Positions 50,085-63,490 of a stretch of 64,000 nt of DNA are shown here, one piece after another; within the stretch, counting starts at the first letter, position 1, and each line of letters opens with the position of its first letter. This stretch comes from Octopus vulgaris. Its lineage: Eukaryota. The notes below the pieces were generated by a model. That model saw nothing but the letters and a program-made list of their open reading frames with translations. It was not told the DNA's origin and searched no databases. The DNA lies in assembly GCA_951406725.2 (NCBI GenBank), contig OX597831.1:6634001-6698000 (forward strand), in the 5' to 3' direction. Both the position numbers and the translations under genes were made by a program.

Positions 50085-51197
50085 CTCTCGCCGTCGTTGT
50101 CTCCCCCATCTCTCTGTCAGTATCTTCCCCTCTCTCTCCGTCGTTCTCTCCCTCTCTCTCTGTAATTGTCTCCCTCCTCTCTCTGTCATTGTCTCTCTCC
50201 TCTCTCCGTCATTGTCTCTCCCCCTCTCTCCGTTGTTGTCTCTCCCCTCTCTCTCGGTCGTTGTCTCTCCCCTCTCTCCGTATTGTCTCTCCCCTCTCTC
50301 CATATTGTCTCTCCCTCTCTCTCCGTCGTTGTCTCTCCCTCTCTCTCCGTCGTTGTCTCTCCCCTCTCTCTCCATCGTTGTCTCTCCCCTCTCTCTGTAT
50401 TGTCTCTCCCTCTCTCTCCGTCGTTGTCTCTCCCTCTCTCTCGGTCGTTGTCTCTCCCCTCTCTCTCGGTCGTTGTCTCTCCCCCTCTCTCCGTCGTTGT
50501 CTCTCCCCTCTCTCCGTATTGTCTCTCCCTCTCTCTCCATCGTTGTCTCTCCCCTCTCTCTGTATTGTCTCTCTCTCTCTACCCGTCGTTGTCTCTCCCT
50601 CTCTCTCCATCGTTGTCTCTCCCCTCTCTCTATATTGTCTCTCTCTCTCTACCCGTCGTTGTCTCTCCCTCTCTCTCCATCGTTGTCTCTCCCCTCTCTC
50701 TGTATTGTCTCTCTCTCTCTACCCGTCGTTGTCTCTCCCTCTCTCTCCATCGTTGTCTCTCCCCTCTCTCTGTATTGTCTCTCCCTCTCTCTCCGTCGTT
50801 GTCTCTCCCTCTCTCTCGGTCGTTGTCTCTCCCCTCTCTCTCGGTCGTTGTCTCTCCCTCTCTCTCCGTCGTTGTCTCTCCCCTCTCTCCGTATTGTCTC
50901 TCCCTCTCTCTCCGTCGTTGTCTCTCCCTCTCTCTCCATCGTTGTCTCTCCCCTCTCTCTGTATTGTCTCTCTCTCTCTACCCGTCGTTGTCTCTCCCTC
51001 TCTCTCCGTCGTTGTCTCTCCCTCTCTCTCGGTCGTTCTCTCCCCCTCTCTCCATCGTTGTCTCTCCCTCTCTCTCTGTCGTTGTCTCTCCCTCTCTCTC
51101 CGTATTGTCTCTCCCCCTCTCTCCGTATTGTCTCCCCCTCTCTCTCCGTCGTTGTCTCTCCCCCTCTCTCCGTCGTTGTCTCTCCCCCTCTCTCTTT
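50085..51197. repeat. Pyrimidine-rich minisatellite (~20-24-bp CTCTCTCCGTCGTTGTCTCTCC units) with a 70-bp higher-order repeat
   Basis: 70-bp unit recurs at 50531, 50601 and 50671. Confidence 0.95.
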
Positions 51198-51278
51198 CCC
51201 ACAACACCAAACTTATTGAGAACTCTTTTTTTTTTCTGTCAACTTCATTTTTAGAGCTGCTGACATTCCCCACCCCTC

Positions 51279-51292
51279 CGTTGCCATGGCAA
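51279..51292. promoter_or_regulatory. RFX X-box motif
   Basis: GTTGCCATGGCAAT, 13/14 match to the palindromic consensus GTTGCCATGGCAAC. Confidence 0.5.
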
Positions 51293-51433
51293 TTATCAAA
51301 TTTACCTTCTGCAATGTTTACCTCCGCCATAAACCATAATTCACTCAATCTTTTACTTGTTCACTAATTTATTCCTTCATGTATAATTCTATGTTATTTA
51401 TATAGATTCTCTCTCTCCTTCTCTCCTTCTGTA

Positions 51434-51476
<43 letters not shown>

Positions 51477-51587
51477 AATGTGTATATGATTGCTCCTAAA
51501 GTGACATCTAACACGTGGTTATCGCAACATCAAAGCGAAACCAACTCCACTCTTACGACACGCCATTATTATGCCGTGCACTTATTT

Positions 51588-52170
51588 ACACACACACAGA
51601 CACAGACACACACTCAAAGACACACACACACTAACACACAAAGACACTCACTCAAACTCACACACACACATTCAAACACACTCACACTCAAACACATTCA
51701 CACACTCAAACACACACACACTCAAACACATTCACACACTCAAACACACACACACACACACTCAAACACACACACACACAAACACATACACACACACTCA
51801 AACACACACACACACACACACTCAAACACACACACCCAAACACACACACACACACACACTCAAACACATTCACACACTCAAACACACACACACACACTCA
51901 AACACACACACACACTCAAACACACGCACACACACACACCCAAACACACTCAAACACACTCAAACACACACACACACACTCAAACACACGCACACACACA
52001 CACCCAAACACACTCAAACACACACACACACACTCAAACACACGCACACACACACACCCAAACACACTCAAACACACTCAAACACACACACACACACTCA
52101 AACACACGCACACACACACACACAAACACACTCAAACACACACACACACACTCAAACACACACACACACC

Positions 52171-52205
<35 letters not shown>

Positions 52206-52231
52206 AAACACACACACACACACACACACAC
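51588..52231. repeat. (CA)n satellite punctuated by CTCAAA
   Basis: Direct reading; explains the HT-repeat ORFs. Confidence 0.95.
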
Positions 52232-53783
52232 AGGGTTTCTATTTAAGATAATGTCTATAAAGGTGGGTATTAAAGCATTAGGAATTCGAGTGTGTGTGTG
52301 TGTGTACAGGTGTGTCAGCGGGTGGACGTGTCGATTTCCGTGCAAAAAGTATTGTTATACAATACCTGCACGTTTCGAGGTTAGAGTAAATCTGGCCATT
52401 AATATTCGGTTGTGTTAGTGAGAAGGCGAAATGTGTGTCTGGCGGGAGAGAGGAGATCAGAGAAAGAAACTGTGAGAACGGAGTTGTAGTAATATTTTTT
52501 GCCTTATATGGCTTTGTGATGAAGAAAGCTCCATGAGAGGTGAGCGGCGGCAAGAGAAGCAACATTGTTATACGAGGCAATAACTGTCGTAGAGAAAATC
52601 TTCTTCATCAACATATAAACTGCTGCATTACGTCATATCGAATGAACATCCGCGGTTTGTGATGTGAGGACGGATAAAAAAAGCAAGAGAGAAGATATTA
52701 AACGGAGCTTTAATGTTTGTATCAAGCAGTGGTTGTCAATGGAGAGAAGCGACGACAGGAGACATCGACGACACACAAGGAGTGAAAAAGTGGGACAAGA
52801 AGAAATAAAGGACTTCCCTTCGATCTCTGAGAAAGAAACAGAAAATAAAAACCTGAAAAGCATGTTTGTTGTAATCAGCTAGAAATTTAGTTTCAATTTT
52901 TTAAAAATTGTATTATATATATATATATATATATTATTAATAACAATAATAATGATTTCTTTAATTAGCCACAGTGACATAGATGAGGGGGACATCACAA
53001 GGATAGTAAACAATTTGTGTGATGCTCTAATTATTACTTAATTGTCATGCCCTGACCAGGTGCCCTAATTATATTCATTTGTCTGAAGCAAAAAAAAAAA
53101 AATTGGTCTTTTCTTTTTCGATAATTTTAAAAATTCTCCGAAGTAGCTATGTGATAGGAAATTAAATTTCTGTCTACAATAAAGGTTAACATATGGTGTA
53201 ATGTGTTGGTAAATAATGACGACGACGATGATATCGAGGGGTTTGACTGCTCCCTCGTTTTATCGACCCCAGGAGGGTCCACCACCACACAACCTCCGAA
53301 TAATATTGTGTTGATCTACTTGTTATAATAAACAGTAACCTAATCTCTCTCTCTCTTTCTCTCAAAATTACACCCTACCTCAAAAAGCCTGAGACGTGTT
53401 TGACTGAAGATTAAATTAAACTGCCGTGATTGAATGACAGGCTTCTTTTTTTTTTTGCTGTTCACTCAACCGGAGCTGACCTGAACTAAATAACTATAAT
53501 ATTGGTTTCAAATTTTGACCCAAGGCCCCGGCAAGTTCGCAAGAGGGTTTAAGTCGATTACATCAACTCCAGTACTCAACAACTGGTACTTGTTTTATCG
53601 ATTCCCAAAAGAGGGGGAAAGGCAAAGTCGGCTTCGGTTGTAATACTGTACTAGAGCTTAACCTTTTCGTCACCATATTTCTGTTGAAATACACCGCCTT
53701 TGCTTGTATCAATTAATTTTGAAAATGATGATGAATTTATTAAACAATTTTGCTACATTAAGCTGGATGTGTGGAAAAGGGAA

Positions 53784-54005
53784 GGATCTTTTCACTTTGA
53801 CCTGCAGATTTTTAAAATAATTTCTTTGTAACTAAACACTTTTAAACTTCGTATACTGGTAGAATGTGTTTATAAAACATCTTTTTCTCTTGGCTTTCTT
53901 GAGAAAATTCTGTAGTTTGTAAGCTATTTGTTGTTCAATTTCTTGCATTTCGGCAATTTCAACCAATCAATGACGTCTATTGAGGTGAATACAATATCTG
54001 CCGTA
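53784..54005 (+). mobile_element. One-ended family A MITE inside an old family B-like element (about 53660-54095)
   Basis: Left TIR GGATCTTTTCACTTTGAC present; no right TIR. Confidence 0.85.
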
Positions 54006-54646
54006 TTTTGATCAAAGGTTTTGAGATCACTGTAGACGAGAAACTTGTATCATAGAGCCAGAGAGAGTCTCAATCAGCCTGTTATCAAAAAGATTGAAGT
54101 TGATTCTGATGTGTTTATACTCTTTAGTACGGATCTCAAGATACCTTTCGTATAAAATAAGTCTTAGGTTTAAAGGTGAGTTTAATCTGTAAGATGAGTG
54201 TGCTTATTCCTAGATCTATATTGCTTAATGTTCTTGGATGCCTCATCAAGAATATTTCTGGGGTCTCAGGGAAGGATTTCAGACCACCGCCCCCACTCCT
54301 CTTCGCCCACTTGGCCCAACCAGGGTTGATCAAGTCCCCATTTGCATTGCAATAGCAGCAGACCATCACTCTGCTCTATCCAATTCGAGCAATGGGTCAG
54401 AGGGAATATGTTGGGGTAGAATTCCTTTTTACGGCTAGATGCTGTTTCTGAATCTGTAGAGAAGTGCCAAACCACTAAGTTACAGGGATGTAAACACACC
54501 AACACCAGTTGTCAAGTGGTGGTGGTGGACAAATACAGATATTATATATATATATATTTACATATGGCTGTTTATATACATATTTGTATTCACACACACA
54601 AGTGTATATATACACACACACAAGTGTATATATACACACACACATG

Positions 54647-54832
54647 CATCATCATCATCATCATCGTTAAGCGTCCGCTTTCCATGCTAGCATGGGTTGG
54701 ACAGTTCAACTGGGGTCTGGGAAGCCAGTAGGCTGCACCAGGCTCTAGTCTGATCTGGCAGTGTTCCTACAGCTGGATGCCCTTCCTTATGCCAACCACT
54801 CCGTGAGAGTAGTGGATGCTTTTTACGTGCCA
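54647..54832 (-). mobile_element. Family E 3' part
   Basis: (CAT)n plus the family 3' end. Confidence 0.85.
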
Positions 54833-55654
54833 TGTATATACATTTGTGTATGTGTGTGTGAATGTATGTGAATAAATGTGTATGTGAGAGAGAGTGTGTG
54901 TGTGTGTGTGCATGTGTGTGTTTGGGTTATCCCAGTGCACTCCAGTGAAGGATATAAACAGTATTGGGAATCTAAGAACGAAGGCGAAACAAAACCTCGT
55001 TCCTCCCATATCACTGACATCATCAGAAATGTAATGAAACTGCTGTGACCGACCGGCTGCAAACCTGTAATGTTGTTGTTGTTGCTATTGTAATTGTTGT
55101 TGTTATGATTGTTGTACACAAAAATGCAATCTAAAATAACTAAAGATACAAACAAGATGGTTAGCTTCTCAAATTTAAATAAGGAGTCACCAATAATCGA
55201 AAAGCAAATCAAGGTGGATGCCAGTGTAATATCAGGTGACATTGGTATGTCTAGACTATTACGTTACAAGGAATAGTTTTAGCCAAGTTATTAGAGCATC
55301 CGACAAAAGATCTGAGGTATTTAGTTATGTTCCGGGATCAAATCTTGCTGGGGTCAGTCATCCCTTTCGCCCTTTGCAAGTCAATAAAATAGCCACCAAG
55401 GTTTGAAGATGATTTAATATTTCTATAAAACATAGTTATACAACTGGTCCCTGTGTGAGTGGAATGCAAAAGCACCCATTACACCCTCAGAGTGGATTGT
55501 GGTAGGATGGGCATCCACTCGTAGAAACCATGCCAGTTCAGACTGGAGCCTGGTGCGGCCCCTCACCTCACCAGCCCTGGTAAAACCCATGACAGTATGG
55601 ACAACAGGCATTAAATGATGATCATCATCAGCATCATTAAAGTGAACGACATAT

Positions 55655-56060
55655 CTATTTCAAGGGGCTATACATAGAAGGGACAAACAAGGACAGACAA
55701 AGGGATTAAGTCGATTACATTGACACCAGTGTGAAACTGGTACTTTATTTATTGATCCCGAAAGGATGAAAGGCAAAGTCGACCTCGGCGGAATTTGAAC
55801 TCAGAATGTAGTGGCAGACAAAATACCTATTTCTTTACTGCCCACAAGGAGCTAAACATAGAGGGAACAAACAAGGACAGACAAAGGGATTAAGTCGATT
55901 ACATCAACCCCAGTGTGAAACTGGTACTTTATTTATCGACCCCGAAAGGATGAAAGGCAAAGTTGACCTCAGCGGAATTTGAACTCAGAGCATAACAGCG
56001 GATGAAATACGGCTACGCCTTTCTCCCATCATGCTAACGTTTCTGCCAGCTTGCCGCCTT
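55655..56060 (-). mobile_element. SINE family C dimer
   Basis: Two bodies with the same dimer junction as 9151. Confidence 0.9.
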
Positions 56061-57694
56061 CAAAAGGTGAATGAAATTATAATTAAAGACTAACATCTCT
56101 AATTGTTGTTGTCAAGTCCCAAGTTAGCCCTGATCGAGTAGACCTTGGGTCAAAAACATTCCAGCAGTGACCCACCTATCTTACTTTTCAACATTGTATA
56201 TCCAAGGCTACATCATACAGCTGGAAGGATTTGATGAAACATGCTCCAACCATGACCATCTCATCAGACAATGTGTAAATAGGACTACATTATTCAAAAT
56301 CACTTTGCCTTCTTTTAAGACAATAGGAAGGAGTGATTAGAGGGAGATTTGGTTGTTGTTGCTAGAGGGTTAAGTGGCAGTATAGAGGCTTCCACATTGA
56401 TTGGGGAACCATAATTGCTTGGAATTTACTACAAACCCCCAGTTAGCAGTTTCAATTCCCAGTTGAGATGCTTCACCTCATTTTTTTTTTCTCTCCTTAG
56501 ATCTGCAGTTTTTGGAACTTGTTAATACACTGAAGTAGAAATGGACTCTTCCGAGTTTACTTATCCATAATATACCACATAGGAATGAACTCTTCTGTTG
56601 CAGCAAGTGTCACTGGTCGTTTTCCATGGCAACACCTTTGCAATTATGTCCGCAAAGTGTGACTGAACGCACCATTTGATCTGGGATGTATGACCCCTTA
56701 TTCCCTCCATCCCCCATCTTTTTTTCCTTTTCTTTGTTTCCTTGGTGAATATTTTTTTCTTTCCTTCTTGTAAAAATTCCACCGAGGTTGACTTTGCTTT
56801 TCATCCATTCAGGGTCAATAAAATAAGTACCAGTTATACACTGGGGTCGATATAATCAAATTATCCCTTCTCCTAAACTTGCTGGACTTGCGCCAAAATT
56901 TGAAATTGTTGTTGTTGTTGTTATTGTTATTATTATTATTATTATTATCATTGAGACAAGCTGGCAGAATTGTTAGCATGTCAGACATAATGCCATAATC
57001 TTTAATTGTTTAGAAAGTTTCATAGAAATTTGGTAAAAATATTTGTGGAAGTATTTTTCAGAATGGAGGTGTTAAAATAAACAAAAATAATGATTTTTAT
57101 TCCATTTTATCATTTTTTTTTTGAAGGTGGTGAACTGACAGAGATGTCAGAGAATCAGAAAAAGGTTTTGCAGTATCTATTCTGGCTCTTTTCTTTCTGT
57201 GTTCAAACCCCAGCATGGTCAACTTTACCTTTCATCACCCTGGGGTCAATAGAATAAAGTTCCCCCTTCCTCAAAATTGCTGGCCCAAATTAAAAACCAT
57301 TATTTTTCATCCTTTTTTGGGGGTGGAGAAGAGGGTCGGGAGGAAGGGGATTGCTTAGGAGGAAAGAGTTTTGTGTCTATGATTTTCACCGGCAGATGAA
57401 ACTGAAAGGGGTGAAGTTTTCCTTGCACAGCTACAAATTGACAACTGAAGGAAAAACATAGGCAGAGAAGGAATTTCAAGGGGCCAATATTGGGGTGAAG
57501 AAAGGATGAGTTTAGAGGTTAGTGTGGAGCCAAGAATGAGAGAAGGAAATAAGAGTGAGTCAGGTGGGTTTAAGTGGAGATTGTCCAAGCTTAATCAACT
57601 CCAACAATTAGAGGGTCATTAATTGCAGAAAAAACAGAGAAAGGAGACAGCATGTTTGTAGACCAGTTAATCAGTTGGATGGCCTTTTTTGGAA

Positions 57695-58095
57695 GGCGGC
57701 AAACTGGCAGAAAGATTAGCACGTCGGGTGAAATGCGTAGCCGTATTTCGTCTGCCGTTATGTTCTGAGTTCAAATTCCACCAAGGTCGACTTTGCCTTT
57801 CATTCTTTCGGGGTCGATAAATTAAGTACCAGTTACGCACTGGGGTCGATGTAATCAACTTAATCCGTTTGTCCTCTCTGTGTTTAGCCCTTTGTGGGTA
57901 GTAAAGAAATAGGTATTTCGTCTGCCGTTACGTTCTGAGTTCAAATTCCGCCGAAGTCGACTGTGTCTTTCATCCTATCAGGGTCAATAAATTAAGTACC
58001 AGTTACGCACTGGGGTCGATGTAATCGACTTAATCCGTTTGTCTGTCCTTGTTTGTCCTCTCTGTGTTTAGCCCCTTGTGGGTAGTAAAGAAATA
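57695..58095 (+). mobile_element. SINE family C dimer with TSD
   Basis: 18-bp TSD GGATGGCCTTTTTTGGAA at 57677-57694 and 58096-58113. Confidence 0.93.
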
Positions 58096-58486
58096 GGATG
58101 GCCTTTTTTGGAATGTCGTCTGGATTAGATATTTGCATGTATTGCAGCAACATCAGTGAAAATGGTGAAGCTATATTCTATTGTTGGTCTAAGTTGAGTT
58201 TTGCAGGGTCTAAGAGGACTAAAAGTATCTTTGGTTGCTTCAAGACGGAAAAAAATTGCAAAGTAAAAAAAATGGATCAAATTTTAGTACATTTAAAATT
58301 TTTTTTATTTTTAATCCATTAAAATAATTGCTTTACAAACTATATGTTGCTTAAAATTGAATTTCTGTTATGCAATTATTTTATATCACAACAGAGCCTG
58401 GTGCAGCCTCCTGGCTTCCCAGACCCCTGTCGAACCGTCCAACCCATGCCAGCATAGAAAACGGACGTTAAACGATGATGATGATA

Positions 58487-58521
<35 letters not shown>

Positions 58522-58889
58522 ATTTATCTACATATTATGACAGAGATTTAGAAAACATAATCTAAGTTTTGACAGATAAATATCTCAACATACTGTTGTT
58601 TATAATATATTTACACTGCTGGAAGAAGTCAATACAACAGTGATTTGTTTATACTTACAGGCATGAATACAGTATTAGACATAAACATATACAATTGCAT
58701 AAACATATATACATATATATATACACATAAAACTACATAAATATATAATTATATAAACATATACTGCTGAAACTGAGTAGCAGTGGTCAGGGCAGCAGTT
58801 AACTCTGTGACAGGTTGCTGTCCTTCTAGAAGCTTTATGAAGCAAAGACACTTTAAGTAAGAACTGCCCATCAAGCCATTTTGGCCTCT

Positions 58890-59790
58890 ACAAAGGATGA
58901 CACTTAAACCATCTCTAGAGTCTGGAATGGAGCACACCCTAGACAGGCATAGGAAATGACTGGTTCACACTCTTAATTCCCTAGGGTTTAGGCTACCATA
59001 GAGACCAACCATATCGTGGTAGGTAAACTTCTTAGATGTAACACTCAACACAGCCCTCTATAGTGTTCAAAAACCTTGTAAAGGGTACCAGTAAGAGGAT
59101 CTCAAACCTCAACTAAGGATGTTTTTGACATAGTGGATCCCTATTACAATGGGGCTCTAGTAGCCAGTAGATTTAAGGATCACATCACTTGTATGTGTGG
59201 CCCTAATACCCACAAGAGAAAGTGCAGACTCTGATTTGCCCTACCTTTCTCACTCAACATGAAAAACTTGTATGGCAAGGACTTTCCTTAGATTTGTAGG
59301 TAAACATTTTACACAGCCCCATAGGTATAAGAGATTATTCAATAGGCATAACTTAAAGGTCTTGCTTAGCTGTGTGCCTGGAGTCAAAAAAAAATAACAG
59401 TAAATGTTCCAAAGCTCTGTGCAGAGACAGGATGTTCATGTAGGGTTAGCAGGTCTATGAAGCAGATTTGTGGGACAAACTCACAGAAATAAGTTGGTGC
59501 AATGAAGAGCCACTTTAAGGCCAGGTTAAATAATCACAGATTCCCTGCTAGAATTCAAGAGAGGTGCAATGTTACAACATTAGCTAGCTATATATGGTGA
59601 TTCAAAGAGAAAAGGATACCAACAAAAATCAGTTGGAAACGGCTTTGAACAGCCTGAGCTATGCCTGAATGGAAGTAGATGTTGCAAGTTTTGCTTAATT
59701 GACAAAAGAATCATTCTAAAAACTTTACACAATCCAGGTGTCTTCCAGAATTCAAAAATGTAAAACATATTGTTGCTGCATTCATGCTGG
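58890..59790 (+). pseudogene. Decayed Penelope-like element (RT C-terminus plus GIY-YIG region)
   Basis: Frameshifted VNFLDVTLN, KNLVKGTSKRISNL, DPYYNGAL, PFSLNMK, RLFNRHNLKVLLSCVP, FKARLNNH, TTLASYIW, CKFCLIDK. Confidence 0.85.
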
Positions 59791-59905
59791 ATAATTCGTT
59801 TTCGCTACATGGTCATCACCTTTTTTGGGATGAGAGAATGCAAAACATATTTCGTTTTTGGATTTGGTTTGCAAGATTCTTTATATGAGTTCTGTGTTGA
59901 AGCAT

Positions 59906-60145
59906 ATTCTGTTGTGTCTGGGGAGAGTCATTTTCTTTTTGTGCCTTATAATATAACACACTCACCGGTAAAATTTCCACTTTTTTTCTTATTTTTATTG
60001 TCCTAAAATTTTCGTTGCTTCTTGCAACCTTTTCAATAGTTTTGACTCTCCAATAAAAATAAGAAAAAAGTGGAAATTTTACCGGTGAGTGTGTTATATT
60101 ATAAAGCACAAAAAAGAAAATGACTCTCCCCAGACACAACAGAAT
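59906..60145. repeat. Inverted repeat (95-bp arms) whose loop holds a hammerhead-like motif
   Basis: 59906-60000 pairs with 60051-60145. Loop on the minus strand reads CTA-TTGAAAAG-GTTGC aagaa GCAAC-GAAA-ATTT-TAG. Confidence 0.9.
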
Positions 60146-60249
60146 GAAAAACATGTTCAACCGATTCCTTTCATACACAGACGACATTGTACCATGGGAC
60201 GCAACTCTTCTTTCCTTCAGAAAATGTTTTTTTAATTCATTTTTCAGTT

Positions 60250-60672
60250 CTTATTTCTTTATCGCCCACAAAGGGCTGGGGCAAACAAGGACAGACAAAG
60301 GGACTAAGTCGATTACATCGACCCCAGTGCGTAACTGGTACTTTATTTATCGACCCCGAAAGGATGAAAGGCAAAGTCGACCTCGGCAGAATTTGAACTC
60401 AGAACGTAACAGCAGACGACATCCGTTTGTCTGTCCTTGTTTGTCCCTTCTGTGTTTAGCCCCTTGTGGGTAGTAAAGAAATAGGTATTTCGTCTGCTGC
60501 TATGTTCGGAATTCAAATTCCGCTGAGGTCGACTTTGCCTTTCATCCTTTCGGGGTCGATAAGTTAAGTACCAGTTACGCACTGGGGTCGATGTAATCGA
60601 CTTGATCCGTCTGTCTGTCCTTGTTTGTCCCCCCTGTGTTTAGCCCCTTGTGGGTAGTAAAGAAATAGGTAT
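60250..60672. mobile_element. Inverted fusion of SINE family C parts
   Basis: Minus copy 60250-60420 abuts plus dimer fragment 60421-60672. Confidence 0.88.
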
Positions 60673-61821
60673 ATGTATGACAGGCTTCCATACAGTTTCC
60701 ATCACCAAATTCGTTCACAAGGCATTGATCAACCCAAGGCTACAGTAGAAGACACTAGCTCAAAGTGTCATGCAGTGGGATTGAACCCAAGTCACATAGT
60801 TTGAAGGCAAGGAAAAATTAGTCAATAGACTATATATTATTCATAGAAATATACATAGAAAGATAGGGTAAACGTTTTTATTTCTCATTCCCTTTCAGAA
60901 TTACCACTATTGGTGGTTTGGAGTTTAACTGCTCTTTCTAGTGAATCAGATGTCCTATTATGATCATCTCTTATGTGTTTAAATGTACACTGTATTTATG
61001 TATATATATATATATATATATACACATACTCTCATGTGCTATAAACACTAAAACACATGCATATATATATACATACATGCATAAGTATATTTATGTACAT
61101 GTTATGCAATAACCAACACACGTACATCTGTATCTGAACCTGTTTTGGTTTTATTGATTTTTCTCTCTGTTTGGCTTTCTTTGATAATTCTATAGAAAAC
61201 ACTGAATTAATAAATTATAATATACTTACTGACTCAACGTAACGTTGGTCGCTTAGCACTGTTTTGTTGACTCATGATGGTTGTCGTGAGTCACAATTAA
61301 CAGTGGATCAGGCAGAGCTGAATATTGCAAACTAATTTCATCTTGTGCAAACATCACTGCATGGTTAAGAAGCAGTCACTGCAACAACTGTAGATCTAGG
61401 TTCAATCCTTACTCTGTGCTACTTTGCAGTTGACTGGTAGGCCACACCTGTCAATAGACCAAAAGCCTTTAACAGAATTTGGTAATCAGAAACTGTGAAG
61501 AAGCCCATTGTGTATTCCAACCCTCTCTAACTTGAGTTCAAGTTCTGTCAAAGTCAGCTTTGACTTTCAGGGGCTGATAAAATCAATTACAAGTCCAAGG
61601 CAATGGACTTGCAGAATTATTCCAATCCTGGGGTTGTATGTTCTGAGATAAAACTCTGTCGCATTACCAAAAAGATGATGAGACTTTTGTTAAGAATTAT
61701 AACTGTGACATATTATCAATAATTTGAAAACATCAAAGGAAGATTTCTTTGCTTTGGTCAGATCAAATGCCACAGCTGCCACCGTGTGTGTGGTGTGTAT
61801 TGTATATGTACATATACATAT

Positions 61822-62219
61822 ATACTCTCTTTTACTTGTTTCAGTCATTTGAATGTGGCCATGCTGGAGCACCGCCTTTAGTCAAGCAAGTTGACCTCAG
61901 GACTTATTCTATCGGTCTCTTGTGCCGAACTGCTAAGTTACGGGGGCGTAAACACACCAGCATCGGTTGTCAAGCGATGTTGGGGGGATAAACATAGACA
62001 CAGAAACACACACACACATATATATATATATATAATATACACACACACATATATACGATGGGCTTCTTTCAGTTTCCGTCTACCAAATCCACTCACAAGG
62101 CTTTGGTCAGCCTGAGGCTATAGCAGAAGAAACTTGCTCAAGGTGCCACGCAGTGAAACTGAACCTGGAGCCATGTGGTTCGTAAGCAAGCTACTTACCA
62201 CACAGCCACTCCTACGCCT
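61822..62219 (-). mobile_element. SINE family D, full copy
   Basis: Reverse complement of the 12382 copy. Confidence 0.9.
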
Positions 62220-63424
62220 ATATATGTACACATATATGATGTAACTTATGTAGTAAATATATAAACAGGGCAAATTTAATTATTTCATCATAGATTGAAA
62301 AATGTAATTTTTAAAGCTTTAAGCATTCGGATTATTCTCTCAAATATAATGCTTAATTATTCACATTGCTTTGAATTAATCGTGTGTTATCTCACAGTTT
62401 TGAGATTTCAATGATGTGACTGTTTTATTTTCAAAATGGCATTCATAAACGTGGTATAAATGGAGTGAAATGGCAATGAAAAGCTTTGTTGTGGATTTTA
62501 TCCATCATTCAATGCCTACTTTTCCATGATTGCATGGATCAGATGAAATTGAGGCAGATTTTTTTTTGCTGCAGCTGGAGGCCCTTCCTGCTAACAAACC
62601 TCATCTTTCCAAGCAAGGTAATATTTCCCCACAGCCAGACATGTTTTGGAACTTAGCTTCTATAACAGGGATGCTCTTTCACAACCATCACATGCTGTCT
62701 AGACAAGGGTACACACACACACACACATACATTTCTGACAGGCTTCGTCCAGGTTCCTTCTACTAAATCCAATCACAAGGCAACCTGGGACTATAGTAGA
62801 AAGAGATTGACCAAGGTGCTGCTGTACAGTGGGACTGATCCCAGGACCTCATAATAAGGAAGCAAGCTCCTGGACCTCACAATCACTTCCAAACCAGGAT
62901 TCAGCAAATTAGAAACTTCCTCTTTAAGGTGTAAAGAAGCAAAATTTTAAACATTTTTTAACAATCGTTTAAGCAATTAAAAATAGAAGAAATCAAAACA
63001 CATTTCCATTTTTATGAAAATAATTCATTTTATTAATTTTTTCATCTCAATAAGACGCGGAATGTTGAGTGGGATAGATATTAAAAGGTAAAGCATTTTA
63101 TTTATAAAGAAGAAATTACAAAAGAAAAAAAATTTTCTCTTTGAAAAGATTTCCTCAATTTTGTGCCTGTCTGTTAGTTTTACATTTGAAATATTAAATT
63201 ATGTTCTTTGGTTCAACAAATGAATTTAACTCATTACAAGAATTAAATCTGGAAAAAACTAATTTACATAAAGATAAATATAAATATAAATTGTATGTTT
63301 TACTGCTTCACTCCAGTTTCCATCTGCTGGTGTTTCGGTCACGAGTTTTGAAACTAGTTTATGGAATGGGTTGCTTAATTAAGGTCACTATAACGAAGTA
63401 TGTCTTCAATAATTTAGTCGACTA

Positions 63425-63490
63425 CCTACGATAGAGATTGAACCTCTGCTTCATAAGATACGAATCCGGTGTGTTACCAGCTCAGCCCTT
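63425..63490 (-). other. tRNA-like Pol III head (SINE remnant or tRNA pseudogene)
   Basis: GGCTGAGCTGG A-box and GGTTCAATC B-box; cloverleaf stems do not close. Confidence 0.4.

Noticed and set aside
49978-52418. Longest ORFs (312-413 aa, SLP/ERG/HT-rich)
   Set aside because: Open in several frames and strands because they translate stop-free satellites.
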